A stretch of 56,374 nt of DNA, the filler included, from Sluysia triapertura (lineage: Eukaryota), in NCBI GenBank assembly GCA_046118255.1. It is 3 parts of 3 records of this genome, joined end to end, with 100 filler letters (N's around TTAATTAATTAA, not from the genome) between each part and the next. Parts side by side here need not be neighbours in the genome. Positions count along the whole stretch, not along the records: positions 1 to 31,266 come from JBJNIA010208478.1; positions 31,367 to 44,258 come from JBJNIA010074053.1; 1 more part is not named here. One strand, written 5' to 3'. The translations under genes and the position numbers were made by a program. The notes beneath the pieces are model-generated. The model saw nothing but the letters and a program-made list of their open reading frames with translations, did not search any database and was not told the DNA's origin. Below are positions 24,083 to 35,529 of the stretch, piece after piece. Numbering within the stretch: position 1 is the first letter of the stretch; every line of letters starts with the position of its first letter.

Positions 24083-27000
24083 CTTTTACAAAACGACGGT
24101 AGTTTACAGAGCTCTTTACATTTTTATTCCCGAATAGTTTCTAGAAAATTGAGTCTGGATGAAAGAAAGTTACTTACGAATGTTGAGAAGTCTCAAACTA
24201 TTAAGCAAGTAAATATTCATATGAAGAAAAATATACAACAATTCTGTAAGAGCTTTGGTAGCACAATTTTACAGTATTGAAATGAATAATTTAAGTTGGA
24301 GATAATATTAAGATTTATTAAATGTATGTCTATATTAAACAATTTTTAGATGGTGAAAATATAGCATAAAAAATAATTAAATAAATTCGAGGCATGCACT
24401 TTGCAGTAGCAAAAGTTTTGAACATATTCAAAAAATAATTATGCTTTTTAAGTAAATATGCATTCAAACGAACTCATTATTTCAAAAACTAACTACAAAC
24501 AATGTATTACAATTCAACTAAAAATTATGAATTAAGATAAGAAATAAAAACGTACAAAATTAAAAATAGTAGAGATGTATCGATAGTATTGGCAAAATTG
24601 ATAACTGACCGATTACTATTGTCGGTGTCACTGAAATTGCTAACAAAAGTTAATACTTCAATATTAGAGGCTTTCCGCAGATAATTCATCGAAAAATAAT
24701 CAGATGTTAAATCAAATACCAAAAATCCGCCAATTTTTAACATTTTACCTAGCAGATTTTTCTTCAGTTATACGATCAACAGAAGCAAATTTTCCACTCA
24801 AAAAACACACGACCACCAAAGATAACGAAAAGCGAGGTATTATTTTACACTCTCAAAACATTTCGAACAATAACAATTCATTACCAAATTGTTATAGTAA
24901 ATTAAATGCAAACCGATGATGATTAATTATTTAAAGCATCTCGTTACTTCAATGCTCGTAATGACGTCATAACAACACTGCCATACAATAAAAATTCAGA
25001 ATCGGAAGCATTTCGCGTTTTTTATTTGTCGCAAATGCATACTCAGTTTAACAATCCCTTGTTGAAGCTCGACGGCGCATGTAGTCTACATGAAAATTTG
25101 TTACAACGGGCAGTCTGTAACATAAGAATTCCGTAAAATCTGTTCTAATTATTTTTGTATTAAACGGGTAGGAGTATGAGAAGCGATGTACAATTCATTT
25201 CAACAGTTTAAAGTGCTTGTAATATTGGGTTAGAATTTTACGGAAAGACTTTTAGTGTAAGCAAACATGAGAGCGCAAAATCTCAGAACAAACAATATTA
25301 CAGAGATTTTCAAATTACCAATTACTATTCATTTGTCTCGCAAACGGCAAGTAGACATATTTTTAAATATACAGAGAAATACAGTCTCTCAACCATTTGA
25401 CAGAAAGTATACTAACTATTCTTTAGTAGTGGCACGCTACGTAGTTCACTACAAGATGCCTACTCGCGTTTAAATCGAACCTCCTTAACTGCCCATGTAA
25501 TGTAGCATCCTGTACCGCTTCCTAAGCCATTAAGTTTACCATTTATAATTCTGTTCTTCATGCTTTTTTAATAGATAATATCACAAAAATTGTTTAACGG
25601 TTTGCATTAACACACAACTGTCATTTTTGCGCTGAACTCACGAATATTTATGGTTATATTAACCATAACACGGTACTGAAAAGTATGCACGTTTCATCAA
25701 CATGTCGACCTGGCTTGAGACGGCTAACTTATACACAATCTATAGAGTTCGTCATCACTGGAAAGAAAATATTTAATGCTTTTCATTTCAGCACGTAGTA
25801 TGTCCAAATTTACTTTTAGTCCAAATTTTAAGTCGTACTTTGTAAACTTCAACAACCAATTATTCACATCGACGTTAACTATTAGGAAGCGCATTTTCAA
25901 AATATATTTTACAAATTTTAAGTATTGCAGCAATTTTAATGGCTCTTGCACTTCTAAGGACTCAAGACCTACGGTCCAGAATTTGTATGAAATCTTCGAC
26001 CTAGGAAAAGTATCAAAGCAATGGTCGGCATTATCAAGCAACAGAAACAAGACATCTTGAATGTAATCATTAGTTAGTCATAGGTTTATATCAGTTCATA
26101 GACTGGAATTCTATAATCAACTACGTTGCATATCATCTCAAAAATTATTACGTGTAACAATCAGAAATCATAGAAATCTGTAATTAAAACGCCGCAATAA
26201 GAAAAATTTTCATTATTAACTTGTGTCTTATCCATAACAAATTGTTGTAAATTTGAAAATCCATTTCATTTGATACCTTGTTCTCTAATAACTAAAAAAT
26301 CACCTCAAAATCTAGAGTGCAGGATGCCGGGTTTGGAATCTGCTAACTGCACATGTCGTGCACGTCAAGAATAAAAAACAAACTCTATGAATGATTTATT
26401 GTTTTGAATACACGAATATGAATGCATATCCCAGAATGATTTTTTTTAATATTTTTTTTCTGTCATAGCCATTTAATTGCTGCTTATTTTTGTACAGTGT
26501 TGCCTCATAATTAGTGCAAACGAGGACATAAACAAAAGTAACTAATATGTATATTAAACGTTTTCTAGCAATGAAACCTTAAAATGTACAGACAAAATAA
26601 GTACACGTAAACTACCATCACGCTGTGAGACAACGAGAAGCAGTACATTGCTATTCCTACAGCCGCTGTAAAATGAAATTCGCAAAATAAAATAAATGAT
26701 GTTATTAGTACGTTACAATGTAATGCTTTAGTTATTATTTCATAATTCGCTTGAAGGAAGTAATAATTAGGAATTTATTTCAAATTATTCTGTTAAAAAG
26801 AACTTAATTAATATAATGCACTATCGGTGACTAGTGAATGCAGGGACAATGTTATTCTATTGGATAGAGCCGTACCTAAGTAGCGAAGCTTACAACAAAA
26901 AACATTCTAAAAGGGCTATTCCACATACAAACGAAAAAAATATATCTTGCAACAAGAAGAATTTAGTAGTAAAAGCTACTAAAATGTTATCCATTCATTA

Positions 27001-28129
27001 GTCATGTTAAAAAAAAGATCTCTTGAAATATATCTCAACATCGTAACATCACAGTTTTTTAACAGAAATCCCAAATTATCATGTTAAAATAAACATTAAT
27101 TTGGGAGCTCATTTAACATAGGGGAAAACGAAAAACAGACAGAGAACTAATTGCTACGTTGCAGCATTACAATACAAATCACAATGTCTCAATAAGCAGA
27201 AAACCAGCAATGAACCAACCAAACCATAATTATGTCAAAGTCACTTAAATAATGTAATAAATATTGAATTACATAAAGTGCTTATATTTATCTATTACCC
27301 CACCTCAAATTCGCACTATACGCACTAATTAGTTTTCGACTGACAAACAAGTGACTGTCGGAGAGCGAACCACAAGGAAACTACTTTTTAATATTTTCAG
27401 ATTAAATTTTTACATTACATGCAGGTGACATTCACTAAACGAAATCAAGTAATAATCGTTCAGGAATGTATTTAAAGTCTGAAAAGCACTACAAGATATT
27501 TAAACATTTTTCACACTACAGTAGAGCAACGTAGAAGTTATGAATGAGTCATGGAACATGCGCAGAGCGCAACTTAATTTTGTTGTATTTCATGCAGCTT
27601 GTAAAAAGATTTTTCTCGAAAAATAGTGTACAAAGTTATCATATTATTTGATATGTAATAATGCAATAATAGTACTTACACTGCTGCACAAATAAAATGA
27701 TAGACCTCTCAAGAAAGTCTTTTGTCAGCTGACTCCAAGTTGCATCAATGAATAAAATTAAAATAGATTTACTTTCGCCAAGTTCACAATCATAAATTAC
27801 AGAATGTTACATGGATGTAAAAAATGCACGCCGAGATGAAAAAATACAAATAAACCTTGGAGTCTGCTGCAGGTGAGTATTACCAAGAATTAAATGAAGG
27901 AAGGCCGTCATTTTGTACAGAACAATAAGCCTAAACATGTCAATTTTAGGGAAAAATAGAGAAAAAATGTAAACAAACCTAAAAAAACCCTGCAAAATTA
28001 GAGAAATTAGGGTAAAATGTTCGTATCCTAGATACAGACAAAAAGTATAAAAAGGAAACGGGTAAAAATAAAATTTTCTTATTTTCGCTGTGAATTCATA
28101 TGCTTAAATAACGAACGGTTGTTTCAGAG

Positions 28130-28777
28130 ATGGGATTCTTCCGAGCCCTTTTCTGCTGTTTCTGCTGCAAGTCTAGGAGCGGCAGCCGACGCTCTAGACG
28201 ATCGCAGGAGAGGAAGGAGTTAGATCGCCATAGAAGCGGCATCCGACGCTCTAGGCGATCATAGGAGAGGAAGGAGACGGATCGCCATAGAAGCATTAGC
28301 CGAAGCTCGAGGCGATTTCAGGAAAGGAGGGAGATAGATCGCCTTAGAAGCGGTAGCCGATGCTCCAGGCGATCACAGAATAGGAGGGAGGTCGATCACG
28401 GCTACCGATCGTCACGGAGTAAGATGCTGGAGCGTGCAAAACACAGATAAGTAATCAAAATTATATTTTATAATGGTGGAAGACGCTCAGCCTCCGCTCC
28501 TCGGCGACATACTTCGAGACAGGTCTCATTTGATCTTGGAAGAAATCAGGAGCGGAGGTTCTATTGGAATGAAGAATTCACAAATTTCGACAGTAAATCT
28601 ACCTTCCAGCATTCGTCCATCGTGCGGAACTTCGCATTCGCGGAAGCTGCACGACTCGAGTTGTTGGCGAAGGAAGGTGAGACGGCGAGCTCTATGGGCT
28701 CTCGGTTCAAGAACTTGATCGACAGTATAGTGGTGAAGACGCAAAATATAGGGAAAAAGAATAGATCTGTGTGGTGA
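28130..28777 (+). pseudogene. Orphan RS-rich ORF (215 codons, 2 internal stops) with N-terminal MG..CCFCC and an RQVSF motif
   Basis: One frame reads MGFFRALFCCFCCKSRSGSRRSRRSQERKELDRH... and ends at TGA 28775-28777. Internal stops at 28262 (TAG) and 28448 (TAA). The stretch is GC-richer than its flanks. Confidence 0.55.
28175..28400 (+). repeat. 57-bp tandem repeat, 4 copies (19-aa RS-rich unit)
   Basis: Unit aggagcggcagccgacgctctagacgatcgcaggagaggaaggagttagatcgccat. Confidence 0.92.
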
Positions 28778-31039
28778 AGAACAGACGTATGATAGAAAGT
28801 ATCAAGAGGAGCACCCAAAGAGCAATGAGATTGAATTATGTCGTAATAATTTTTAAATATGAATCATTTTAATAAAATGGGCAGTTACCTTGCTATATTC
28901 ATTACCTAACCCGAGCAGAAAACCAAAATTGTATTATTACTGCGTTACTTTTTGAAATTAACGGTTAGTAAGTAAACACAGTTTGTGATAAAAAGCTTAT
29001 TTCTCTATTATTCCTATTACTCAATGGATGACGGCTAGAGAATTTCAACGCTGATTGACTGAAATATGTAGCTCACTCATTGATTTAGTTGCCTGAATAC
29101 ACCAACTTTCTTGAAACTCAGAGTCGCTGTCATATGGACGGCTAAGCAGTAATGTTGTTGGTAAAGAAACTGCAGTCACTTAAGGTCAGTTTCAACCTTT
29201 CATTGCAAGCTATGAAATGCACGACCAATTTTAGTAATATAATGGTAGTGTAGGCAGCTCAGGTGGCGATATGACACTGGAGGCAACTCATAGTAATGAT
29301 GAATGCAGTACTGTATAATACTGTTGGAGTCAGCTCTGGTGGCTATTTAATACTGGTGCTGACAACACAGGTGGCTGTATAGCATTTGTGGACGCAGCTA
29401 AAGGTGGCTATACACGTCCAATAATGATGTCAGTCGCTGTTTCGACAGGTACATTGAAAACAGTGACATTGTTCCCAGTCATACCATTATTGTGTCAGGG
29501 TTTAAGTAAAATATTTATACTAATAAGAATTTTAGAACTGAAGAAGAACTGATGCATATTATATTCAGTTGTATAAACTGTGTACTGTTAAGTAAATAAT
29601 TATTTCGCATCATGTAAACTCATAGTAGACGTATCTCATTGTAATCCAAGTATACAGGCATACATGTGACAGTAACACGACCAATCAGACACTTGACAGG
29701 GCAGTCTAATCAGACGCTGGATAAGGTATGCCACACAGACGGTGGATATGGTGGATACGGAACACATAAATACTCACCTCTCATGGCTTCACTTAAAATT
29801 ATTCACATGATGCTAAAATTTTTGCAGACTCTAGTGTGTTGTTTTTACTTTGAGTGCAGCGTTGACAGGCAACTCAGAGTGATCACGGGACCCACGCACT
29901 GAGAGCTCTTGTTTGTTCACAAACAGAACAGAATAAGCAGATGTGTGGGGGCTGCAAACAACATTCTCTACGCTACTGCATTTCTATAGACAGTTTTTGA
30001 TTGATGAGGCGCTGGTAATTGCTGCTCATCGTCTTTGTTCAGCTGTCGCTGATTGCCTGAATGTGTTATACTCAGCAGCGACGCTTCATGTGGATATTAG
30101 TTCTGCAACGACTAATTGAGAAGTTAATTCACTAATTCTTCTTCGTGCTTTCTATGTGTCTTGCGCAACACTAGGGTCTGTACTGCTTGATACCTCGCCA
30201 TCTGCCTTATTGGATGAGGATCTCAATTAATAATAAGTTAATATCAGCAGCTGCGTAATATCCACTATTTACGATTTTATTTTGCACTTCAGTATGGAAT
30301 TTACACTAATTCTGCAAAGTAAATTTCAGAAAACCTAACAGAAATATTACCATGAGCTTATCAAATATATGCCTATGGATTTCCGTGAGAGCGAACCTGA
30401 TGAATTGTTTATAGAAGAATGAGAACACAATATAAGACTAATATGCCTTGTATTTTCCGTACGAATTCGACTGCCAACTTATTTGCTGGTAAAGCTCTTC
30501 AAAAATTTAAATTATTAACACTTATTATCTCGACTGACGGCACAAAACTGGTTTTTGATTATTTAAGTTCCAGTAATGCTCACATAAATTAAATTTTAAT
30601 CCAGAGGCGAATACTCAATGGGATTTCTTGCATGCTTCGATTTGTAGAGAAGAAAAGACAATCAGATAGAAAGCAAACCTTCACAAGGCGACTAACTAAT
30701 TATTCCAACAATGCACTAATGACTTACAAATATTGGTAAGGAAGTCTTGTATTTGTGGAAAATTTAAGTAATGTACGAATTTTCATCTGTTTTTTGAGCA
30801 GTTACTATTTTCAGAATCCTGCGTTGCAAAAAAATGAGTACCCTAACAATGTTGATGCTGCACATGATTTAAATTCAACATCATATTGAAGAACTATGCC
30901 TACGCTGTGGAGATTCTGCAAAATCACTTTTAAAAAATTCAACGGAAAATCAAACACATAAATCCTATTTTGCTTATTGCTTTACATACAAAGATTGAAA
31001 TTTATACGGAATTTGAAGCTCACTCGAGCAACAATTTTC

Positions 31040-31266
31040 TTCCTGTTATGTACACACAAAAAAATAAAATTTAAACAAAAAGCAAATCTTTCTAGTACAT
31101 TTTTTTTCGCGTGTCATCAGAAAATGAACAGATCATTAAGATAAATGAGTAGTCTTTCTCGTAAGAACGAAATGCAAGGCACTCACACTTGAGATCTACA
31201 AATAACAAATAGAAAGATTACGGATAATGTAATGGATTCTAACACGACAAATAAACTAAACACGTG
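31040..31266 (+). repeat. Long-range direct repeat, copy 2 (runs into the contig end)
   Basis: Matches 4005-4233. Confidence 0.9.
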
Positions 31267-31366
31267 NNNNNNNNNNNNNNNNNNNNNNNNNNNNNNNNNN
31301 NNNNNNNNNNTTAATTAATTAANNNNNNNNNNNNNNNNNNNNNNNNNNNNNNNNNNNNNNNNNNNN
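31267..31366. other. Artificial contig linker (N44-TTAATTAATTAA-N44)
   Basis: Six-frame stop spacer between N runs. Base composition changes across it. Confidence 0.97.
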
Positions 31367-32365
31367 TGCATCATTAGGATCATTATAATTAGGCACTAGT
31401 ACTTTAGTATTAGCAACATAATAATTTGCATATGAACCTTTATGTTTTAATTGTACACCATTAGGTAAAGTAACAATCGATGAGGACAATGGTATTTCGA
31501 TGATTTTATATTGATTTCCATCATAATTTTTCGCTGAATATATCGTATTAACGTCTTTTTCACTTACCAACCATTCATTCGTTAAATCACTTTTATTCAT
31601 AGTTATTAATGTTGTGTAATTAACCAATCTAACAAATCCATCAATATGCATATCGGTTACATCAAGTCCAGGTACACCATCAATCCAAATAATATTGGTA
31701 ACACCGAAATATGTTTTTATAAAATTCTGAAATTGTTCTTCAGTCATTCCTGAATTACGATTTTTATTAATAGTTGAACTTCTTGTCATCATAACCGTAT
31801 TTTTATCATCAATTTCTATTGAACCGCCTTCATTAATTATTTGCAATGAAATATCAATTAACAATACATTTTGTTGCTTAGCAACTTCAGTTGCAACTTG
31901 TTTATCATTTTTATATTTCATTTTACCACCCCAACCATTAAAACCAAATTGTACTATTATAAATGAACCATTTGTACCATTTCTTACATAAATCGGACCA
32001 ACATCGCGTGCCCAAACATCATCAGTTCGTATAATATAGAAATCGACTTTTGTTAAAGAAATATGAGCATTTGTCAGTAATCTAATTATACGATTTTTTT
32101 CGGTATTATCATAAACAATTAAATGAACGTTTTCACTGTCCACCAAAGCTTTAGTCATTTCAATCCATATTGGATCTAATTCATCACGATATTCTTCACC
32201 ATATGTGTATTGGTGTGGCCATATTAACCAAGTCCCTTCATGAGGTTCTTTCTCATCTGGAAATACGTAATTGTATTGTTGACCTTGAATAATTAATATT
32301 TGGTTATACGTAAACCATAACGATAGTAAAGATAACAATCGTATTGGTAAAATGAATTTTTTCAT
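31367..32365 (-). CDS. Porphyromonas-type peptidylarginine deiminase / agmatine deiminase family protein with predicted signal peptide; 3'-truncated by the contig end
   Basis: 333 uninterrupted codons from ATG 32365. Motifs FPDEKEPHEGTWLIWP, DDVWARDVGP, FNGWGGK, EGGSIEID, DMHIDG and SYANYYVANTKVLVPNY. N-terminus MKKFILPIRLLSLLSLWF is basic then hydrophobic. The C-terminal catalytic Cys lies outside the contig. Confidence 0.93.
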
Positions 32366-35034
32366 CTGCAAATATGCAACTGTATTGGATTATATTAAAT
32401 ACAATAATTATTATGAGAATGATGATCTACTTTTCTATAAAATAGAAGTAAACAAGTATTGTAATTAGTGAGATAGAGTAAAATGCAATCGTTTTATACG
32501 CCTTATTTATTTTTAGTAACGAAATTTTAAGTAATGTTCTTTTGTTTAATAAAATGAAATTTTTCTCTAATAGAAACAGTTTCATTGTATTATCATTTGA
32601 ATTATTCTACAATTAAAATAAAAAGGTACAGATATCATCAATTACACTTGTGTTATTTAATAATTAATTACATTTTGTTTAAACAAATAGAATTTTATCA
32701 ATAGTTTAGTCTTCAAATACAATTATAATAAATAACTATCGTTTTGTTGTGTATTTCATTAATAATATTTCAAAATTATTATTTTTGTTAATCCTCTGCT
32801 AATCCCACAAATCTATATTAAAATTAAACAATATTTAATCATTTTAATATAAAAACAACAAAGTTAGTAAATGTAATTAATAAATAAAATAACCTAACAT
32901 AAATGTATAGATTAAAACAACTTATTATTACTTAACATTAAAGCATAATAAATTACGAAATATTAATAATAACAAAAGGAAATTGTTATTATTAATGTTT
33001 ACGAAATTTTTACAACTCCTTTTACAATCATCTTTGAGCTTAATGATTTAGTATTCCTTGTGCAAATCATATGAACATCTTTTGAGAATCGAGACGACAA
33101 TGACAGTTCTGATAACCCCAGAATTAGAATTCATTAATTAATTGATTTAATTAATGATCAACAAATATTTTTCTCTACTTTAACTCGATATAATTTTATT
33201 TAAATTACTTTTTAAATTAAAATAACAATTATTATAATTAACAACATATTTAAAAATAACTATTTAATTTAATTAATTCAATATTCAATTATTCGTAACC
33301 AATTTTCTAATGAAAAATTGTTTTAATGTTCTGCAAACAGTTTTATCTAATAAAGCTTAACTTACACTAATATGATAATTACTTATGCTTTGCTTCAAAA
33401 ACTTGTCTACCATAATTCGTAACTTACAAAAATATGGATGTTTTATTTATAAAGTAATGTAAAGAATAAACGTTAAGTCAGCCTGTTACGGTCTGACAAA
33501 TGCGTCAAAATTTAAAGAAATTAAAGCTTAATAATAAAATAACAATTAGCAATTACATGTATTCGTTATGAACAAAAACTTAATTAATTCAATACTAAAA
33601 ATTTAAAGGAATTCAATATATCAATAATAATACAATATAATAATAATAATAAGGGACATAGTCGCTTAGCACTTAAAATTTTAGGATGATTTTAACCTAA
33701 CCTTTTTAAAGTCCAGGAAAGTTAAGAAATTTTAGGTCCTTCTTTTTACAGTAAGGATTTTAAACTTATAAAAATAAATTTACATTTATGGAATTGCTTG
33801 AAAACTGAAATTCTCCAAATTTTTTCCTTTTGAATTTTTATTCTGATTTTCTTCACCTAAATTTCCCCATTTATATGAAATTTAGGCAGACATCTTGAAT
33901 ATTTATTTCTCTGTTTCAACAAAACAAAATTATATTTTAATTTGTTAAAACAAAGAAATATTAAATATTTTATTTTAATTTTAACTTTAAATATTTTATA
34001 TTAAATTTTACATATATCAAATTTAACTTTAAAATTTAATTTATATTTGTTTTTTAACGTTAAATTTTTTTTATATTATAATAAAAATAATATTTAAACA
34101 TTAAATAAATAATAAAAATTATCTTTATAAAAATAATATCAAATGTCTAAATGCTTACAATTCAACAGTTCTTATTTTCAAAAAAAACATTAGATAAACA
34201 TTTCAAACCCAAATCCAAATTATTTCCATTCGTACTAATCACCTAAGTATGAAAAATTTAATATTTTTAGTTAAAAAAATTAGTTAAAATTTGACTTTGA
34301 CCAATAATATGGTGTCTTTGCAAGAACTCGGACAAATTATATCTATGTCAAAAGATCTAACTAAAATACATCATACATAGTCACGATAATATTATATATT
34401 GTGGTTTTTGAACAGAGTCGGGTTACATTAAACGTCTTATGTCGTAAAGAGGGCGTTCCTCTAACTAAATAATTTAATTATCTATCTAAATAGCAGTACT
34501 CCTTAATGAAGGTCTTATTAAATGCTCAATTAATTACGTAATTAACTGTTTAAAAAAAATTAATTTAATCTACAAATTCTATTAAATGAAAACAAGATTA
34601 TAACTTTATTGCACAAAAAACGAATAATTAAACGTAAAATACAAAGATGATGTTTTAAAATTAAAGCTCCAAGAGCGTTTAAATTATAACTACAATATGT
34701 TAAATGTAGTTTAACCCTCAATATATCGGGAACTAATATTTAAAATAAATGTCATTTTGAATGTATTTTATAATTTTAACTTTGAAAGTTGAAATTTACC
34801 TTAAACAATAAATATTTACCAACACATGGAAAAAAGGAATCCCAGAATTATCGTGAATTGAAGAACTGATCCGTAGATGATGCCAAATTATGAGGTTATT
34901 GAATCAACTAGTAGCTGCGACGGTTAACTAAAAAATTCCACGAAATTTTCCATATGCTGAATTGTAAAAATCAAAATGGCGATGTTCAGTAAACTGATAC
35001 TAGTTTACATACTAGTCATCAGCCAGGAATCGAT

Positions 35035-35069
35035 GGAATGTTCTAGAATCTTCTAGAACATTCTAGAAG
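35035..35069. promoter_or_regulatory. Heat-shock-element array: 7 perfectly alternating nGAAn units
   Basis: GAAtgTTCtaGAAtcTTCtaGAAcaTTCtaGAA at 35036-35068. Confidence 0.65.
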
Positions 35070-35310
35070 CGACTATTTGTTTTTAAAAGCGACTTTTCTT
35101 TTTTCGAAAATAATTTTCTTTTTTGAAAAGAAAATTTTAAATGATGAAACGCATATAACGATGTTTTAAATGATTTTAGAGGGTTGTGAATACAGCCAAA
35201 AAAGGATCCAAATATCAAGAGAAATGAGTGAACGCTATGATTTTATCTGGACGTAGAACAATTTCATTTATAGAACTTTCAAATATTGCAGTATTATTGT
35301 TATTATAAGT

Positions 35311-35360
35311 GTTAGACTGACCGGGAATCGAACACGGCACATCTCGCTGCACACCTGTGC
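35311..35360 (-). other. tRNA 3'-half / B-box-like remnant (possible SINE head fragment)
   Basis: Reverse complement reads GCCGTGTTCGATTCCCGGTCAGTCT, with the T-loop consensus GTTCGATTC. No 5' half or A-box is visible. Confidence 0.35.
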
Positions 35361-35529
35361 ATTTCGATGAATTTATAACGTATTTTAAAATTATGACAAG
35401 TATTTACACGTATAGTATAAATATGAATAATGCATATAAGAGATCAAAGTATCTAAATAAGAATGTTTGGTCCAGGATGAAAAATTTATTGTCTATGGTG
35501 CTACTGTTGTTGCTAGTGCTGCTGTTGAT

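Larger units (their letters stand above)
22521..24198 (+). mobile_element. Penelope-like element, family B, second decayed copy with short inverted arm
   Basis: 22800-24020 is similar to 12980-13850 and keeps the RYADDIF segment at ~23290. 22521-22638 is the reverse complement of ~24081-24198. Confidence 0.88.

Noticed and set aside
28175-28400. CRISPR-like array (also considered for 1-417 and 43025-43221)
   Set aside because: The units are contiguous tandem repeats with no unique spacers, no cas genes, and a eukaryotic context.
4427-28777. TAA/TAG reassigned to Gln (alternative genetic code), suggested by the many in-frame TAR stops
   Set aside because: In-frame TGA, frameshifts, broken splice sites and TAG at a conserved Lys position (LLA*AV) also occur. 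Ordinary pseudogene decay explains all of it.
31311-31322. TTAATTAATTAA palindrome as a biological site (also 44303-44314)
   Set aside because: It is centred in N runs and identical at both places, so it is a concatenation spacer.
35311-35360. Intact tRNA gene
   Set aside because: Only a T-arm-like half is present; no D-arm or acceptor pairing can be drawn.
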